Positions 1 to 12,892 are shown, numbered from the stretch's first letter. The stretch is DNA of 64,000 nucleotides from Camelus ferus (GCF_009834535.1 NC_045696.1:76076001-76140000), one strand, 5' to 3'. The notes: generated from the letters alone by a model not told the origin. Translations and numbers: made by a program.

Positions 1-374
1 CAAATTATCCCAAATCCTAGTGGCTCAAAACAACAAATATTTATTATTTCTCCAATTATTTGGATAAGACATGGTTGCTGGCAGGCCTCAGTTCCTCATC
101 ATGTAGGCCTCTCTGTAGACATTTGAGGGATCTCTGGCAATTGATGGTCTGAGAGAGTCAGAGAGTAAGAAAGGGTATGAAGATAAAAAGTCACCTTTTC
201 TGTAGCCTAATCTTAGAAGTGACATCATAAGTAAAGAACACACATCCTTTTGCTGCATGCCATTCAATGCAAATGAGTTCTAGGTGCAGCTCATATTAAA
301 GGAGAAAGATTGCACAAGGGTATGAATACCAGGGAGTGGGGATCACTGGGCCAACTTAGAGACTTCCTACCTCA
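1..374 (-). mobile_element. MaLR LTR, MLT1F/G/H-like, truncated by window start
   Basis: Contains tagtggctcaaaacaacaaatatttattat, ggcctcagttcctcatcatgtaggcctctc and the end gggtatgaataccaggg..gatcactgggccaacttagagacttcctacctca, which match the reverse strand of MLT1 LTRs as recalled. Confidence 0.75.
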
Positions 375-789
375 GGAATCTTAAATAAGCAGGGGTTGAG
401 GGTATACATCAAAGGAGCTCCATCTCGAGCAAGCGGCATCTGTATGACTTGGAAGAATGAAGGCTGAGCAGAAGTGGCTGGGTTGGAGGTGAGTTTGTGT
501 TTCTGTGTGTATGTGTTTGTGCACATGTGTTTGCATGTACACTCACTCAAGGGGAGAGCTGTTTTGGGGAAAGAATAGTATGTGCAAAAGAGTGATGGCA
601 AGAGAAAGTAAGTTTAATATTCCAGGAGCACAGAAGTATAAAAAGAGGTGGAGAGCAATAAAAGGTGAGGGTGATTGGAAAGGCAAGCCAAAGGATGAGT
701 CATGACCTCACCCATTTGCTTTTCTTTGTTTCTCTACAATGGCTTCCATTGTTTCATCACTGGGTAATGACAGATTATTGAAAGATATA

Positions 790-1175
790 TCAGTCAAAAG
801 ACGTTCTTGACTGCAAAAACAATCCTCAACTCAAACTGATTTAAACAGTAAGGAAATACATTAGCTTGCACAGGGCTAGAGGATTTCCAAGGTTGCCTCA
901 TTCAGTATCTTAAGTAGAGCTTTCTCCATCTACTCTGCCATCTACTATTAACTTCATTCTCATGGTAACACATCATGTACAACAATGTCCCATGAAAGGA
1001 GAGAGATGCTGTCTTCCTGCACTTCCTACTTGAGATGGAGAAAGCCTTTCCCAGAAGTTCTCCAGATTTTCTCCTCTTGCTTCTCTGTGTCCAGGATTAG
1101 ATCACAGCCAGACTGCGGAGGATTCATTGGCAAGGGGAAAGGGAATTGCCTTGATTGACTCAGACTAATCAACTC
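790..1175 (-). mobile_element. Old MaLR LTR (MLT1K/L-like)
   Basis: Contains actcaaactgatttaaacagtaaggaaat, aaagcctttcccagaag, cattggcaaggggaaagggaattgcc and gactaatca, typical of old MLT1 reverse strand. Confidence 0.6.
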
Positions 1176-3159
1176 GGATGGAATGATATTGGCACACCAG
1201 CCACAAACATCCACTACAGACAGCTTCAGATGCAGACTAGATTAGCTCAGTCCCTCAAAGAGCTCTTCTCAGGTTTGTGATCCAGCTTTCAAGCCCTGGA
1301 CTTTAATCAAGGGCAGTTCTAGGAGCAGCCACATAAAATCTGCTTCTACACTGACTGTAAACTATTTTTAAAGGCATATTTTTTCTTATGCCACTTGTCT
1401 TTTGCGGAAAGACTTGCCTAAGAAATTCCTTCCAGAATTAAAGTTGGAAAAAAAAATTTCTTGAGGATAGTGTGATCTTTTTTTCTGAAAACAAGAGCTA
1501 TGGAACCAATCATGCTTCCCTTTCTACAACAGCTGTCAGGAACTCCAAGCCAAAGGTGGAAGTAAATCACAGACCTCTCTAAACAACTGTAAATTATTGG
1601 GGAATTTATGTCCTGCCTCTTCTTGGATTTCGTTTTCTATTTCTGTATCTCTGTAACCCAGACATCAGCTGATTTCTCCAAGCATCTCTGGCTCGCACCC
1701 TTTTTTTCACCCTCTGTCACCCAGGCTTGTTTTCATCACTGGTTGCCACCAGAAACCCACAATATTAAGCATTTGGGGAAATTTATTACTGCAGATGGCC
1801 AGAAGATGACGGGGTCAGAGGGAAAGCCCAGGTCAGACAGCACACACCACTTCAGACTTTCACTCACCTGTATCATCAACTTTTTCCCTGTTCCCCCCTC
1901 ACATTCCTCCTGTCTCTTCAGGAGCGACACAAATTTCTTTCCTTGGCCTGTGCATGGCCATTTAGGGATTATCTTGGTTATTTACGTACACTTTTGGGAT
2001 TTCTCTTTCTAATCTGGGCAGGTCATCAATGTCTTCCAAACAGTTCTCCCCCAAGAGAAAGGCTGGCAGATAAAATTCACCCTCTTATACATATGTATTT
2101 TATTAACCTATTATTTGTGCCTTTTTAAGCCACCCCAAATTCTTTTTGGAAAAGGCAAACTACAAATAATTCTAGTAAAGCTCTCTAAACAATGTTATAA
2201 AGGACATCACTGGCTACAAAAGCAAAATGCTTGAAATTAGAAAATGTGTAGCTGACTAAAAGGTTTACAGATGATCTGGTGCATGGCTGTGTCATATATG
2301 CATCTCATTGTCCTACCCTCTGATGCTTCCAACAAAGATGGGAAATCAGTTGAACAAAATACTGGACATTTCTGAATCTACAACACACCTCTCAAGAATT
2401 TAGAGACCATAACTGTAATAAATATTTTGATGTGTTGAAAATATTGTAATCTATTTGAAACACTCACATACTTCACTGTGCTATCACACAGCACTACAGT
2501 CAAGAAAGAATCCTTGACGTGGTATTGAATAGCTATGTGATCCCACCATGGTAGAAAGAGAGGTTTTTAAAGATGCTGAAAAGGATACTTAACCCAAAAC
2601 AATATTCTTGAATTATTCATTTCACCACAATGCAGTTGGAAGCTGATCCCCATGGGTCTCCTTTCCACTGTGCTCCAACCCCCTTCATTGTTCCTTTGGA
2701 GAGTTCGGCTCAAGACCTTGTTATTCACAAACCTTTTCTGGACCCAGCATGAGTATGCAAAGCCATCAATAATTTATTTTTTTTCCACTTTGGACAGTGA
2801 TGATGTTACTGTATCAGCACAAAAATGATCCAGGTGAATAATACTAACAATAAGAGTGCTACCTTAGATGTCCCAAATACATTTCCTCCCTGGAGAACAG
2901 AACTTTCTCCTAACTATTGGCTCATTTGTCCTTTCAAAAGAGGCAGATGCTGGTATGTTATTAAGTTAGTAGAGAAGCAGAAAGGGTTAAGCCATAGTCA
3001 TCAGCTGAGACGGCAGGACTAAATAAGGAAATGCATAAGGTCTAACTTGAAAATTATCATATGCTGAAAACAGAAATCATATTTTCTTCCTCTTTTGAAA
3101 ATTCTCAGCTGCAGAGTGGAAAAATCAATAAACACAATAAATTAAACTACCACTGGTGG

Positions 3160-3375
3160 GCACTTTACAGTTTGCCAGTGTTCCCTCTATACTGCTACAT
3201 CTAGTCCTTAACATTACCCAGGTCAAGGGTATTTTTTATCTGCATTTTCTAGATGAAATTGAGGTTCAGAGAAGTGAATTTACTTGCTTAAGATTCTGGA
3301 ACTAGTAAGTGGTGAAGTCAAGACTCCAAATCAAGATCTTCTAAATCTAAAACAAGTTCTTTTATTACTATACTT
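3160..3375 (-). mobile_element. MIR SINE
   Basis: MIR core cattttctagatgaaattgaggttcagagaagtgaatttacttgcttaag...actagtaagtgg. Confidence 0.8.
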
Positions 3376-3994
3376 CTGACTGGCAGTTGATAAGAGAAAA
3401 TTTTATCCACATTTCGAATCACACAGGAACTCACAGTATTTCACACTGTTGTGTAGGATAAGAAGAAGATGGGAAATAATTCATTCAAATTGTTGAGGCT
3501 TTAGGCTCAACCGGAAACATGAAGACAATTACTACAAGGTCTCGTGTTATTGAAAATAATATCTTACATTTATATTGTATGTATTTTAATATTATATATT
3601 TTAAATATATATATGATAACTTCAGGCTTAAAGGACTCTGAAAACATCTGTGAGTTTCTCATCTGCTCAGGAGTGGTCAGTCTGACTCAGGAAGAGAAGT
3701 GAGGCTGTTTCAAAGGCTAGAAAGAAATGCAAATCAGTGTGAGCAAGATTTAACTAGGTAACACTTTAAGGAGAAACACAGTGAAGACATGCCAAGTATT
3801 ATGTTAGGAAGGGCTCGCTATTTCAGAGGGTTAGGACCATTGAAGCCATAAAGAAAAGGAGTTAGTACAAGCCATCCAGCTGATGGACCCCTGAGGATGG
3901 ACTTACAATTGCAGGTATGCTAGGACCCGGGAGCTGACTAGTGAGGCACTGCGTAAGTAAGGGCAGGCTGTGCCTCTCCTCAGGCACTAAAAAA

Positions 3995-4230
3995 ATGATG
4001 CTGACAGCCATCCACTGGGCCCCTTCCGGAGCCATGCTTGGTTCTAGACACTTAATGCTCATCACCTCCTCTTGTCCTCACAATAACCCTGGAGTAATCA
4101 CTCCATTGGCAGCTGAGAAAATTGAGGCGCAGAAAGGCTAACCAACTCCTCCCAAGCGCCCAGCCAGTAAGCAGCTGAGATGGGCAATTTCAGTTTAAGG
4201 CGGGGCTTCTTGCTCACCACACTGCTCTGG
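3995..4230 (-). mobile_element. MIR SINE
   Basis: tcctcacaataaccct...agctgagaaaattgaggcgcagaaaggctaaccaact..cccaag..cagccagtaagcagc. Confidence 0.65.
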
Positions 4231-5294
4231 CCAGGGGAGGTAGGGTTGTTCTGCTGTGCCATGTACGCACCAGCTGAACAGCTGAGGGGTGAAGTGAGGT
4301 GGCAAGGAGGAAGAGAAAGGCCCCATGGAGCCTTTCTACTCCCTGACCCCTCGACACCCTTAGTAACAAACCAATGCCTTCCTTGTACTTGTCCCTCCCC
4401 CACCATCCCGAAGGAGGGTGAGAACACAGCAGAGCAGTAAACACAGGTTGGCAAGCCCCTGTCCTGGCCCCCACTAAGACTCATTATTCACCACTGGCCA
4501 GGGAAGCTGTGACTTGATCCAGGGTCACAGCAAGGTGGCTTTCCAGGGGGCCACCTTGGCAGTCATCACGAAAAACCCTGAAATGTGGCCTCTCAGGCTT
4601 CCAGGCACATGTGGAATGCATTATGTTTCTAATCATAACACTGAGAAAGCTGTCTTCAAATAAGGAGCTTGTGAGAGAAACTACCCAAATTAGGAAACTA
4701 ACGTGGGCACAACAGAATCGGCCTCAACCTCTCAAGCACGCTGCCAACATTCTTCTCCTCTTGCCTGATACTGTCATTTAAGCATCCTATTAACTGACAG
4801 AATTTTTCACAAAGCAACCTCTGTTTTGAGAGAACTTGTACCAGGTTTATTTATAATTGTCCTATTTCCAAGCACCGAATTTGTTATTTTCACCGCTGCT
4901 TTTGTGATGGGAATTATTCACCCTCCAAAGACTCTGGTCCTTCTGGACTTTATTTTCTAGAAAGATCGTACAGCTCCTGAATCTCAGAATCTCTGACTAG
5001 CTGATTACAAGAATTGCCACCACTTCAGCTGGGTTCAAAGTGGGTATTTACGTACACTCACTTCTTATTTGTACCTCTGGCTGTAGCCCCAAATCTTTCA
5101 ACTTGGGATGCAGATGACATGAATGCTCCTTTTCCCAGGGGATCTCATGCATCTTCCTCTTGCATCCCAGGCTAGAGGCCTCCCTCAGTATCTTGCTTTG
5201 TGCCTCACACCCCAAACCTCACCTAGTTCCTAATTTATCACCCAAGGCTAAAACAACTCTTTGGTTAAAAGATATCCAAGTTAATAATAATAAA

Positions 5295-5425
5295 TGTTTT
5301 CATCATCCTTATTTCCCACAAAAAAACCAAGGGGAAGTACTATTACTTCAACTTTCCAGTTGAGGAAGCTGAGGCACAGAGAGATTACATAGCTTGCCTG
5401 ACATCACATAGCTAGTAAATAGCCA
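5295..5425 (-). mobile_element. MIR SINE fragment
   Basis: tttccagttgaggaagctgaggcacagagagattacatagcttgcctgacatcacatagctagtaa. Confidence 0.75.
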
Positions 5426-5459
5426 TATTTGCTCTCTCTGTCTCAATCTCTCCCCCAAT

Positions 5460-7040
5460 TTTTGGTTTGTAAATAATTTCAAACTTGCAAAAAATTATCA
5501 AAAATGGGAATAATACAAAAACATCTGAATATTCTCTACTCAGATTCACCCATTGTTAATATGTACCCTAAAATTTGCAAAAATAGTTATAATAATAGTA
5601 ACAAAATACTTTACCCTATTTGCTTTGCTTGCATACCCTCTTTTTCATCTCTATCTACATGTAAATGATTTTTATAATATAGATTATGCATAACAGATAT
5701 TATAAATGATATTTATTTCCTGAAACATTTGGAACAAAGTTGAGTACATCACGCCCCTTTGCCCTTAAATAATTCAATGCATCTTTCCTTAGAGAGATAT
5801 TCTCTTACATAACCACAGCACAGTTATCTAATTCAGTAAATTTAATATTAATATAAAAATTTAATCTAATCTATATCTATAATCCAATTTTTTCAGTTGA
5901 CTCAAAAATGTCTTTTATAGCATTTTTTTCCTCTAGTGCCAGAGTTAGTCTAGAATTGGGTATTGTATTTAGTTTTCATGTTTCCTTAGTATCCTTTAAT
6001 CTGTAATATTTCCACAGCCTTTCTTTTTCCTTTCTGACATTTTGAAGAATATAGTTCCTTCCTCCTTTTTTTTCTAGTAGAAAATACCAGATTTGAGGTT
6101 TATCAGATGTTTCCTCATAACTACATTTAGGTGATACATTTCCAGCCAGAATATCCACAAGTGATACTGTGATCTTCTCCTGGTATCACATTCTGAAGGT
6201 TCACAGTGTTTATTTGCTCTTCACTGGGAATTGCACTCTGTTTACCTACTCAAGGTCTGATTTCTACAACATATAGTTACAACTACTCCCTTTGAAACTA
6301 ATAAGCAATCTGTGGAGAGTCAGTTTAAGAACATGAAAGTATCCTGTTCCTCATCAAAACTCCCCCCTGGACTTAGTATCCATTGATGATTTTTGCCAGA
6401 ACCATTCACAAGGAAGATGTTTATAAAGTGATGATTTTCTAACTCTTACCGTTCCTTCACATTTACCAGTCAACTCTTGGCTAATTCTGCAGTGAGTGAG
6501 TGCCCTCCCTTTCCCTCCATGTATTACTTACTTACCTATTTATTATCAGTATGTTTCTATTTTCTTCAGTGGTTTATACTCATACTCTCCTTATTTATTT
6601 TCCAACTGTTCCAGTTTGGGCCAGTGGGAGCTACTGCAAGCTTTCTCTTATCCTTTTGACATACCATAATCATTTTTTAAAATATTTCCTCATTTTATGG
6701 CATAACAAGATGTTCCAGGATCCTCTCGAACACTCCCTGCCTCAGCCATAGATGCATCCATTTCTCTGGGGGGGGTCTCGGTCTTGTAGTGGAGAATGGT
6801 ATTAAGGGCCAAGATCTGAACACTGGGTGCTCGTTGCTGCTGTGGTGTTTTTTTTGCTTCTAGTTACTTTCAGTAGACAGCACTAGGAAATATATGCATG
6901 TTTATACACAAATACACATGTATACTTATGTATAGACACACACATGAATAGATACACACACACATCCCTGTGGGCACATGTGCATGCATAAGCACATATA
7001 ATTATTCTGGAAATCATGAGTTCACACTGATACCTCCCAT
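5460..7040 (-). mobile_element. Old LINE-1 3' region (L1MC4/L1MC5-like)
   Basis: Begins aaataatttcaaacttgcaaaaaa..cagattcacccattgttaat. Internal matches include tctcttacataaccacagcacagttatc, gtttccttagtatcctttaatctg and aagatgttccagg. Ends aaatcatgagttcacactgatacctcc. Confidence 0.75.
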
Positions 7041-7849
7041 TTGGAGCACATTCTCTTTATCACTACACAGTCTTTGTCCTGCGCTTCTGCAATGGCTGAA
7101 AAAAAAGATGCAAGACAGAAACCAAAGTGACTTAGACAATATTGCCTCTGTTCTACTTATGACAGCTTTACATCTCTTGCTTAAAATTTCACCCTCAGTT
7201 CTGGGGGAAACATTATGTGTCCTTGATTCAATTTTGTCTTTGATTCACATCTGAGCTCCTCCCTTGGCAAGACTGTAGTGGGGGCTTGTGAAGGGCAGAG
7301 CCTTGACTTCCTCTTAGCATTTAAAATTTGTGACTACCAACTGTTTTAGATACTTGAAGGTCATTCACATAAAATACATTAAATCCTAAGACAGCAACTA
7401 GTCCATCTACCATAGGCAACTTCTGTTCTGAAAGGTTGACAAAGAAAAGTGAAGGTATGTGGGCAAAGCCTCTTCTGGGTGGGAATATAAGACCGGTGGT
7501 GGCGAAGGAAGATGGGGTCCCCCAAATCTTTAGATGTTGGAGCATGAGGGAAGACGCAGTCCCCAGAGTTGGTCACAAGGTGGCTCAGTGACCCTGTTCC
7601 CAGATCTCCCTAGGAGGAAAGAAGTAACTATGTTCAAGAGCAGGCAGGCATTGAATATCATGGCAGCCCCAGCCAATCTATGCAAGCACACATGCAACTA
7701 AATGCAGTGAACCAGCCTCAAGGGTGATGACCTAAGCCCCCCACCCTCTACCCAGGTGCAACCTAGGCCTTCAGAGGAGTCCTGCTTCCTGGTGCTCGTT
7801 GGCTTTGGCTCTCCTTTATGGCCGCTGTGCTCAGGCAGAGGAATACGAT

Positions 7850-8015
7850 GGCTTTGGAGCCAGACAGAACTGAGTTCTAGTCCTTGCTCTGCTGTTATTA
7901 GGAAGTGTGTGGTCTTGGATTGTAATAACTTCTCTGGGCCTCAGGTTCTTCACTTACAGAACAAAGAGAGTGTAAGATTGTTACGTGAATTTGAGGAAAT
8001 AAAATTCTACATGGC
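7850..8015 (+). mobile_element. MIR SINE
   Basis: ggctttggagccagacagaactgagttctagtccttgctctgc...aacttctctgggcctcaggttcttcacttacagaa. Confidence 0.75.
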
Positions 8016-8981
8016 ATGTAGTTAGATGCCATGTAAATGTAAACTTAGATAAATGTAAACTTTCTTAAGAACAACACAGAAGGCATATGCAAGTCTTTAG
8101 GCATGCCCCTAAGCAAGACAGTCTGCGGTGCCTTACAGAAGGGCCTGGAGCCTGGTATCACAAGAGAATGGAACAGAGCCAAATGTATGCCATTTTTTTA
8201 AGGTTATGTCTCAGTGTGGATTGGCAAATAGCTAATAAGACTGTTTTCTATGTGTATCAGCCAGAATTTTACAGCAATATAATGATTTGGATTCATGTCC
8301 TTTGTTATTGAATTTTAAGCTGCTCTCATAACTGAAAACATACCAGCTCTTGGGCCATTGTTAACTTGAGAACACCTGCAGTATTGCATTTTCTTTGGAG
8401 CTTAAACAGTCAGATATGGTGTGGCCAAGGGCGGAAACTAAACGCAAGCAGTCTCTTGCCGAGATACTCTCTGACTGGAACTGTTGTCCTTACAGGCAGC
8501 GATGTCCCTCAAAAGGTCTGCATTCCTCCAGTTTCCCCTGCCCAGGACTGCAGGTTCACATACCACTCAGCATGGCTGGCTTCTGCTACTACCTGAGGAC
8601 AACTGACAGGTAAATGTGACTTTTGCTCTTTTCCTACCCAGTAACGCAAAGCTCAGAGCTGTTGATGGATGTTGCTATGGCACATTCACGTGGAAACACA
8701 CATCTCCTAGCACTGCTGCACAAGAAGGGAATGTCTCAAGCTTGCAGCTTCAAAACCTCTTTGCTCTTCAAGCACCGTTGCCCTAACCCAGATGCCTTTC
8801 AAGCTACACAGGACAAGGACATCTGTCACCCAGATGTAAGGAGATGGAGTGGAAGAATCTGAACAGCAGAAAGCATACCCCATCTAAAAGTATTGCCATT
8901 GGGTTATTTTTTAAACACTGTACTGACCAAAACAAATCAAGTGACTTGTTTGTATCCCTGCCTTTTTACCAGATGAGTGCT

Positions 8982-9058
8982 GAGGAGAAGGAAAAGGAGA
9001 GGCAGAAAGAAGGAGGAGGAGGAAGAGTGGGGAAGGGGAGGAGGAGGAGGAGGAAAAG
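8982..9058. repeat. Purine-rich low-complexity (GGA/GAA) tract
   Basis: Directly visible: gaggagaaggaaaaggagaggcagaaagaaggaggaggaggaagag...gaggaggaggaggaaaag. Confidence 0.9.
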
Positions 9059-9079
9059 ACATGCCAGCAGGCCAGAGAA

Positions 9080-9240
9080 GTAAGAGCTGCGGGTTCTGCT
9101 CTTGGATCTGCAACCAACAGACTCTCAGAACTTTGGGAGTCAGTTGACTTCTCTGGGCCCAGTTTCCTCTTCAGTAAGATGAGGATGTGAAGACTTAGGT
9201 GAACATGAAGGTTCTGCACCATTTCTTGAATCTCTGATTC
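9080..9240 (+). mobile_element. MIR (MIR3/MIRc-like)
   Basis: gacttctctgggcccagtttcctcttcagtaagatgagg...gaaggttctgcaccatttcttgaatctctgattc. Confidence 0.65.
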
Positions 9241-9280
9241 CAGACTGGCCCGTCTACCTCTCCCGTCTCTGCTCTTACTT

Positions 9281-9920
9281 AGAGGCTGATCTAGGTTTGG
9301 GGAGAACTGAAGCTTATACAATCTGCGGGGAGGGGGGCTTTAAGAATAATAATACAAAATTATAAACACACAAATGAGGCAACAGTGAATATTTTAAATG
9401 AGAAAAGAAAGAACAAAAATATCAACTTTTAAAGCCAGCAATTACCAGAAATACCACAAAAACTAGGAAAAAATAAAGTAAGATTTGTTTTAATTATCTG
9501 CTTAACAAACCTCTATAAATGCTTGTATTCTACACCTTTGGCTGCATAATATTTGATTGTCTCTTCTTATGACAAAATTCTGTAATAGCCTTTTCTATAG
9601 ATAGACTAGAAAGATAATTCAGTTTTCCCTATAACACAATTGATCAAAATTTAGTAATGATAATTTTATTATTTATTAATAAATAGTTAATTATTAATAA
9701 ATTTATTGATATATTATTATATTAATAAATGTATTGTTAAAGATGGTTTGGACATTTCTTTTATCTTCATAACTCATTATTGGAAATGTCATTTCACTTT
9801 TAGTACTTTTGTCCAATTGGGGAAATCCTCTGTCAAGCATCTCTCATATGTGAGCTGTATGAGCTCAAGCATTCATGCTTCCTCGGGCAAAGACTAATCT
9901 GAAATGCTCTTTAAATCTGT
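9281..9920. mobile_element. hAT-Tip100 DNA transposon fragment (Arthur1-like), copy 1
   Basis: Start aggtttggggagaactgaagcttatacaatctg..ctttaagaataataatacaaaat aligns by eye with the copy at 35280. End gactaatctgaaatgctcttt matches 35755 gactaatcttaaatcttcttt. Confidence 0.65.
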
Positions 9921-10214
9921 GTACCTCATTACCCAAGGCCATGGAAGTGTCTCTCCTCTTATCACTTCACACCAGGTACCCTACAGCCCCACTCTCATGC
10001 AAACAGAGCTTCTCACAGGTCCCTGACAAGAGTAACCTTGCACAAGGCTGTGGCTTTGCAGATGCTGATCCCTCACTTTACTTTGCCCTTCCTCTCCTCT
10101 CCCCGATTGCCCTTCTTCAAGGTACAAGCAGACTCAGTCACCCTCCTCTGCGCTGTGGCTGCCTTTGGCTCACACCACTAGAATAGAATCCTTCCTGTGG
10201 TGTTTGAGTTCTCT

Positions 10215-10329
10215 GCTCATTTGTCTGCCTTCCCCACTAGACTCAGATTCCCTTGAGGGAAGGTAATGGATCTTTCCATCTGCCTAGCATAAGGCTTAGC
10301 TCAAAAAGAAGCTCAATAAGTGTGTCACA
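10215..10329 (+). mobile_element. L2 3' end fragment
   Basis: tgtctgccttccccactagactcagattcccttgagggaagg...cctagcataaggcttagc...gctcaataag. Confidence 0.55.
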
Positions 10330-10372
10330 CATTGTAAAATGATTATAAATCAATAAAAAATGTTAAAAAAAA
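10330..10372 (+). mobile_element. Extremely 5'-truncated young LINE-1 (43 bp) with 15-bp TSD
   Basis: cattgtaaaatgattataaatcaataaaaaatgttaaaaaaaa is flanked by identical aataagtgtgtcaca at 10315-10329 and 10373-10387. The insert resembles the L1 terminus at about 63576-63615. Confidence 0.8.
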
Positions 10373-11080
10373 AATAAGTGTGTCACATATAGAAATTACT
10401 GCACAACACAGATTCCAGGAAGTGCCACAATTCTTTACCTTTCTAAAACAAACCTTGCTCTGCTCTGACTTCTCAATTGTCAACTGGTGATAAAAACAGT
10501 ACAGCCATTAGTTGGGGTATTGTCCTCCTCCTCTGGGCTCAAGCAGTCCATGAAAATGGGGGTCTTGCTCTCAGGCCATCAGTCAGCACTGTTTACCCTA
10601 GACACGATTTCTCCTTCTGCTCCTCTGGGAGGGTAAGGGAGCTGGCGTCCACTCCACTCGCCTTTGGCTGGCCCTTAGGGATCCCTTTCTCCCTGCTTTC
10701 AAGGTGGCAGCATTTGGCGGCAACAACCTAAATCACCTAGGTGGCCATCCTCCTTCTGAGATGTTATCACCTCTGGAAGGTACAAATGTGAGCAGGGGAC
10801 TGGTCTGTACCGGAGGCAGAAACTTTGGACTCATTTCTTTCAAGGGCCTGGAAATATTCCCAAAATGATTAAGTAAAGAAGTCATCAAATTTGTGTATCC
10901 CCACCAGCCTCAGAGGAAAAGGAAATAAGAAAAGAAAGAAGGAGGAGGGGAGGGGAGAGAAGAAAAGGCTGTCCTGGGCAAAGAAGTCAAACTTGAAAAC
11001 AAGGGAATCTGGTTGCCTTTCTTCTATGGGTGAAGGATACAATTACTGCTTTACTAATGAGTCTGCTCAAGTAAGAAAAT

Positions 11081-11149
11081 TAATAATAATAATAATAATA
11101 GCAACAACAATAATAATAATAATAGCAACAACAATAATAATAATAATAA
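11081..11149. repeat. Compound (AAT)n microsatellite with a duplicated 24-bp unit
   Basis: (taa)n followed by two copies of gcaacaacaataataataataata. Confidence 0.95.
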
Positions 11150-12730
11150 AGTAAGGCATAGGTTAATTTGTACATTAACTTATTAATACATTAGCCTGCC
11201 ACAAATGTTTATTGAATGAATGAATCAATCAATGAGTTCTCATTGTTACTTCATTATCATGAATCTGTTTTTTTTAAACTAGTGTTAAACACAGTTAAAC
11301 AGTGTACCTATATAAACGGTGCCCCTCTCTTTACACTTATGTAATTATATACGTAAGAACAATGATTAGAAGCCATTTCCTGACCACAACGGGAAAATAG
11401 GTAAGACTTGTTTATTTCAGGTACAGTGATGGAGTTTCCTCCCCTGCTTCAAAAAAGGGCTTTATGATTTCCTTGCATTTTATAGAAAGTGGTTATGGCA
11501 GGTGAGATCTTGCATTGGCTTCTACTGATAAACTTCACACTGTAGCTGTATTACATGCAGAAAATACAAAATAAAGCACAACCATTTTTCCCTTAATCAG
11601 AACTTCTTTAAGAGAGGCTGGATTATAGTACCTTAAGGTCCTTTATCAAAAAATAATGGATTTCCAGAGCAGAGTGTATCCCTGATCTAATGTATTTTTT
11701 CCAAGTAAAGTTGGTATTTGTAGTCTGAGAAGAAATGGAGATTTCACTTCCTCACATCATTTGGTCATTAACTTACGTAGCAGAACAAAATGGCTCACCA
11801 AGCTCTTTTCTAGTTAGCAGGACTTATTTAAATTCCTTTCCCTCCCTTCCCCCATCCTCCTTTTTATAACCAATGGCAAATTACCAGTATTGATAAACCA
11901 TTAGAAAATAAAATAAGAGACAATTTTATTGACAGCTAAATGAAGTAATGCCTGGGTTGTGTTGATTTTCAGCAGTCAAGCTTTTTGTATTCATTAAAAC
12001 TCTGCAAGTAGCATGTGTTAAATTTTTGATATATGCAGTGTGCACTGAAATCTTTATCTACATTAACTGAGACACCAATTTGCACCCCTGTTGCACCCTA
12101 ATAGGCTGATTTATTGTGGTTTCCCAAGGGCTGTTAATGAAAGAGCTAGGAGTTTTTTTACTGGCCTGAATCAATTTCATTTTTGGATGCGGCAGAACTT
12201 GTCAAGGTCCATGCCTCTCGCTTCCTCTTTTGTCAGCATGGATGGATATTGTGAGCTCTCATGTTGCATGCGGCAGCTGTGCACTTGACAGACTGGCATG
12301 TAAGCTGGGGACTACTTGGACATCTGCACAAACTCAGCACGTGGAATGACAAAGAAATGCCATGGGATTCCCCAACTGTGTTCAAGGGGGAGAAATGTCT
12401 ATAGAAAGTTTTTACCCAAATAAATAAATACAAATTTAAAAACCCTCACAAAGCTGACAATAAGCACCAATCTAGAGTGGCAATGTTCACTCTCCACCAT
12501 TATTAGCAAGTGTTTGGCCCAGCCACTTTGATAGTTTCTAATTATCTTACTCCTCTGTTTGAACTTAAACCCCTGGTGGGTCAGGGGTTGCAGAGACAGC
12601 AATCTAGTTTGTTCACTGATGTGTCCTAAGCACCTAGAATAGAGTCTGCACTCATCAATATTAGCAATGGATAGACTTCCACGTGACAGGAAGAAAAGAA
12701 AAACATTCATTAAACGAGTGCTTTTTAAAC

Positions 12731-12892
12731 CAATGTTTTAAACCATTAGTGTCACGGGATCCTTGAGAACCTCAGGAAAGCTATGATCCCTCTCTCCAGA
12801 AAAAAGGTTAGCTGCTCATAAACATTTACTTTTCCTTACACTTACAGACTTCCCTAAAATCCCATGGGCAGACCTCAGGGTAAGATATCCTA
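12731..12892. mobile_element. hAT-Charlie MITE (MER103C-like)
   Basis: gtcacgggatccttgagaacctcaggaaagctatgatccctctctccagaaaaaa...cccatgggcagacctcagggtaaga. Confidence 0.55.

Noticed and set aside
1868..2021. Exon candidates on both strands (strong + acceptor at 1921; strong - donor at 1868)
   Set aside because: Each has only one strong site, the partner site is weak, and the peptides are unrecognised.
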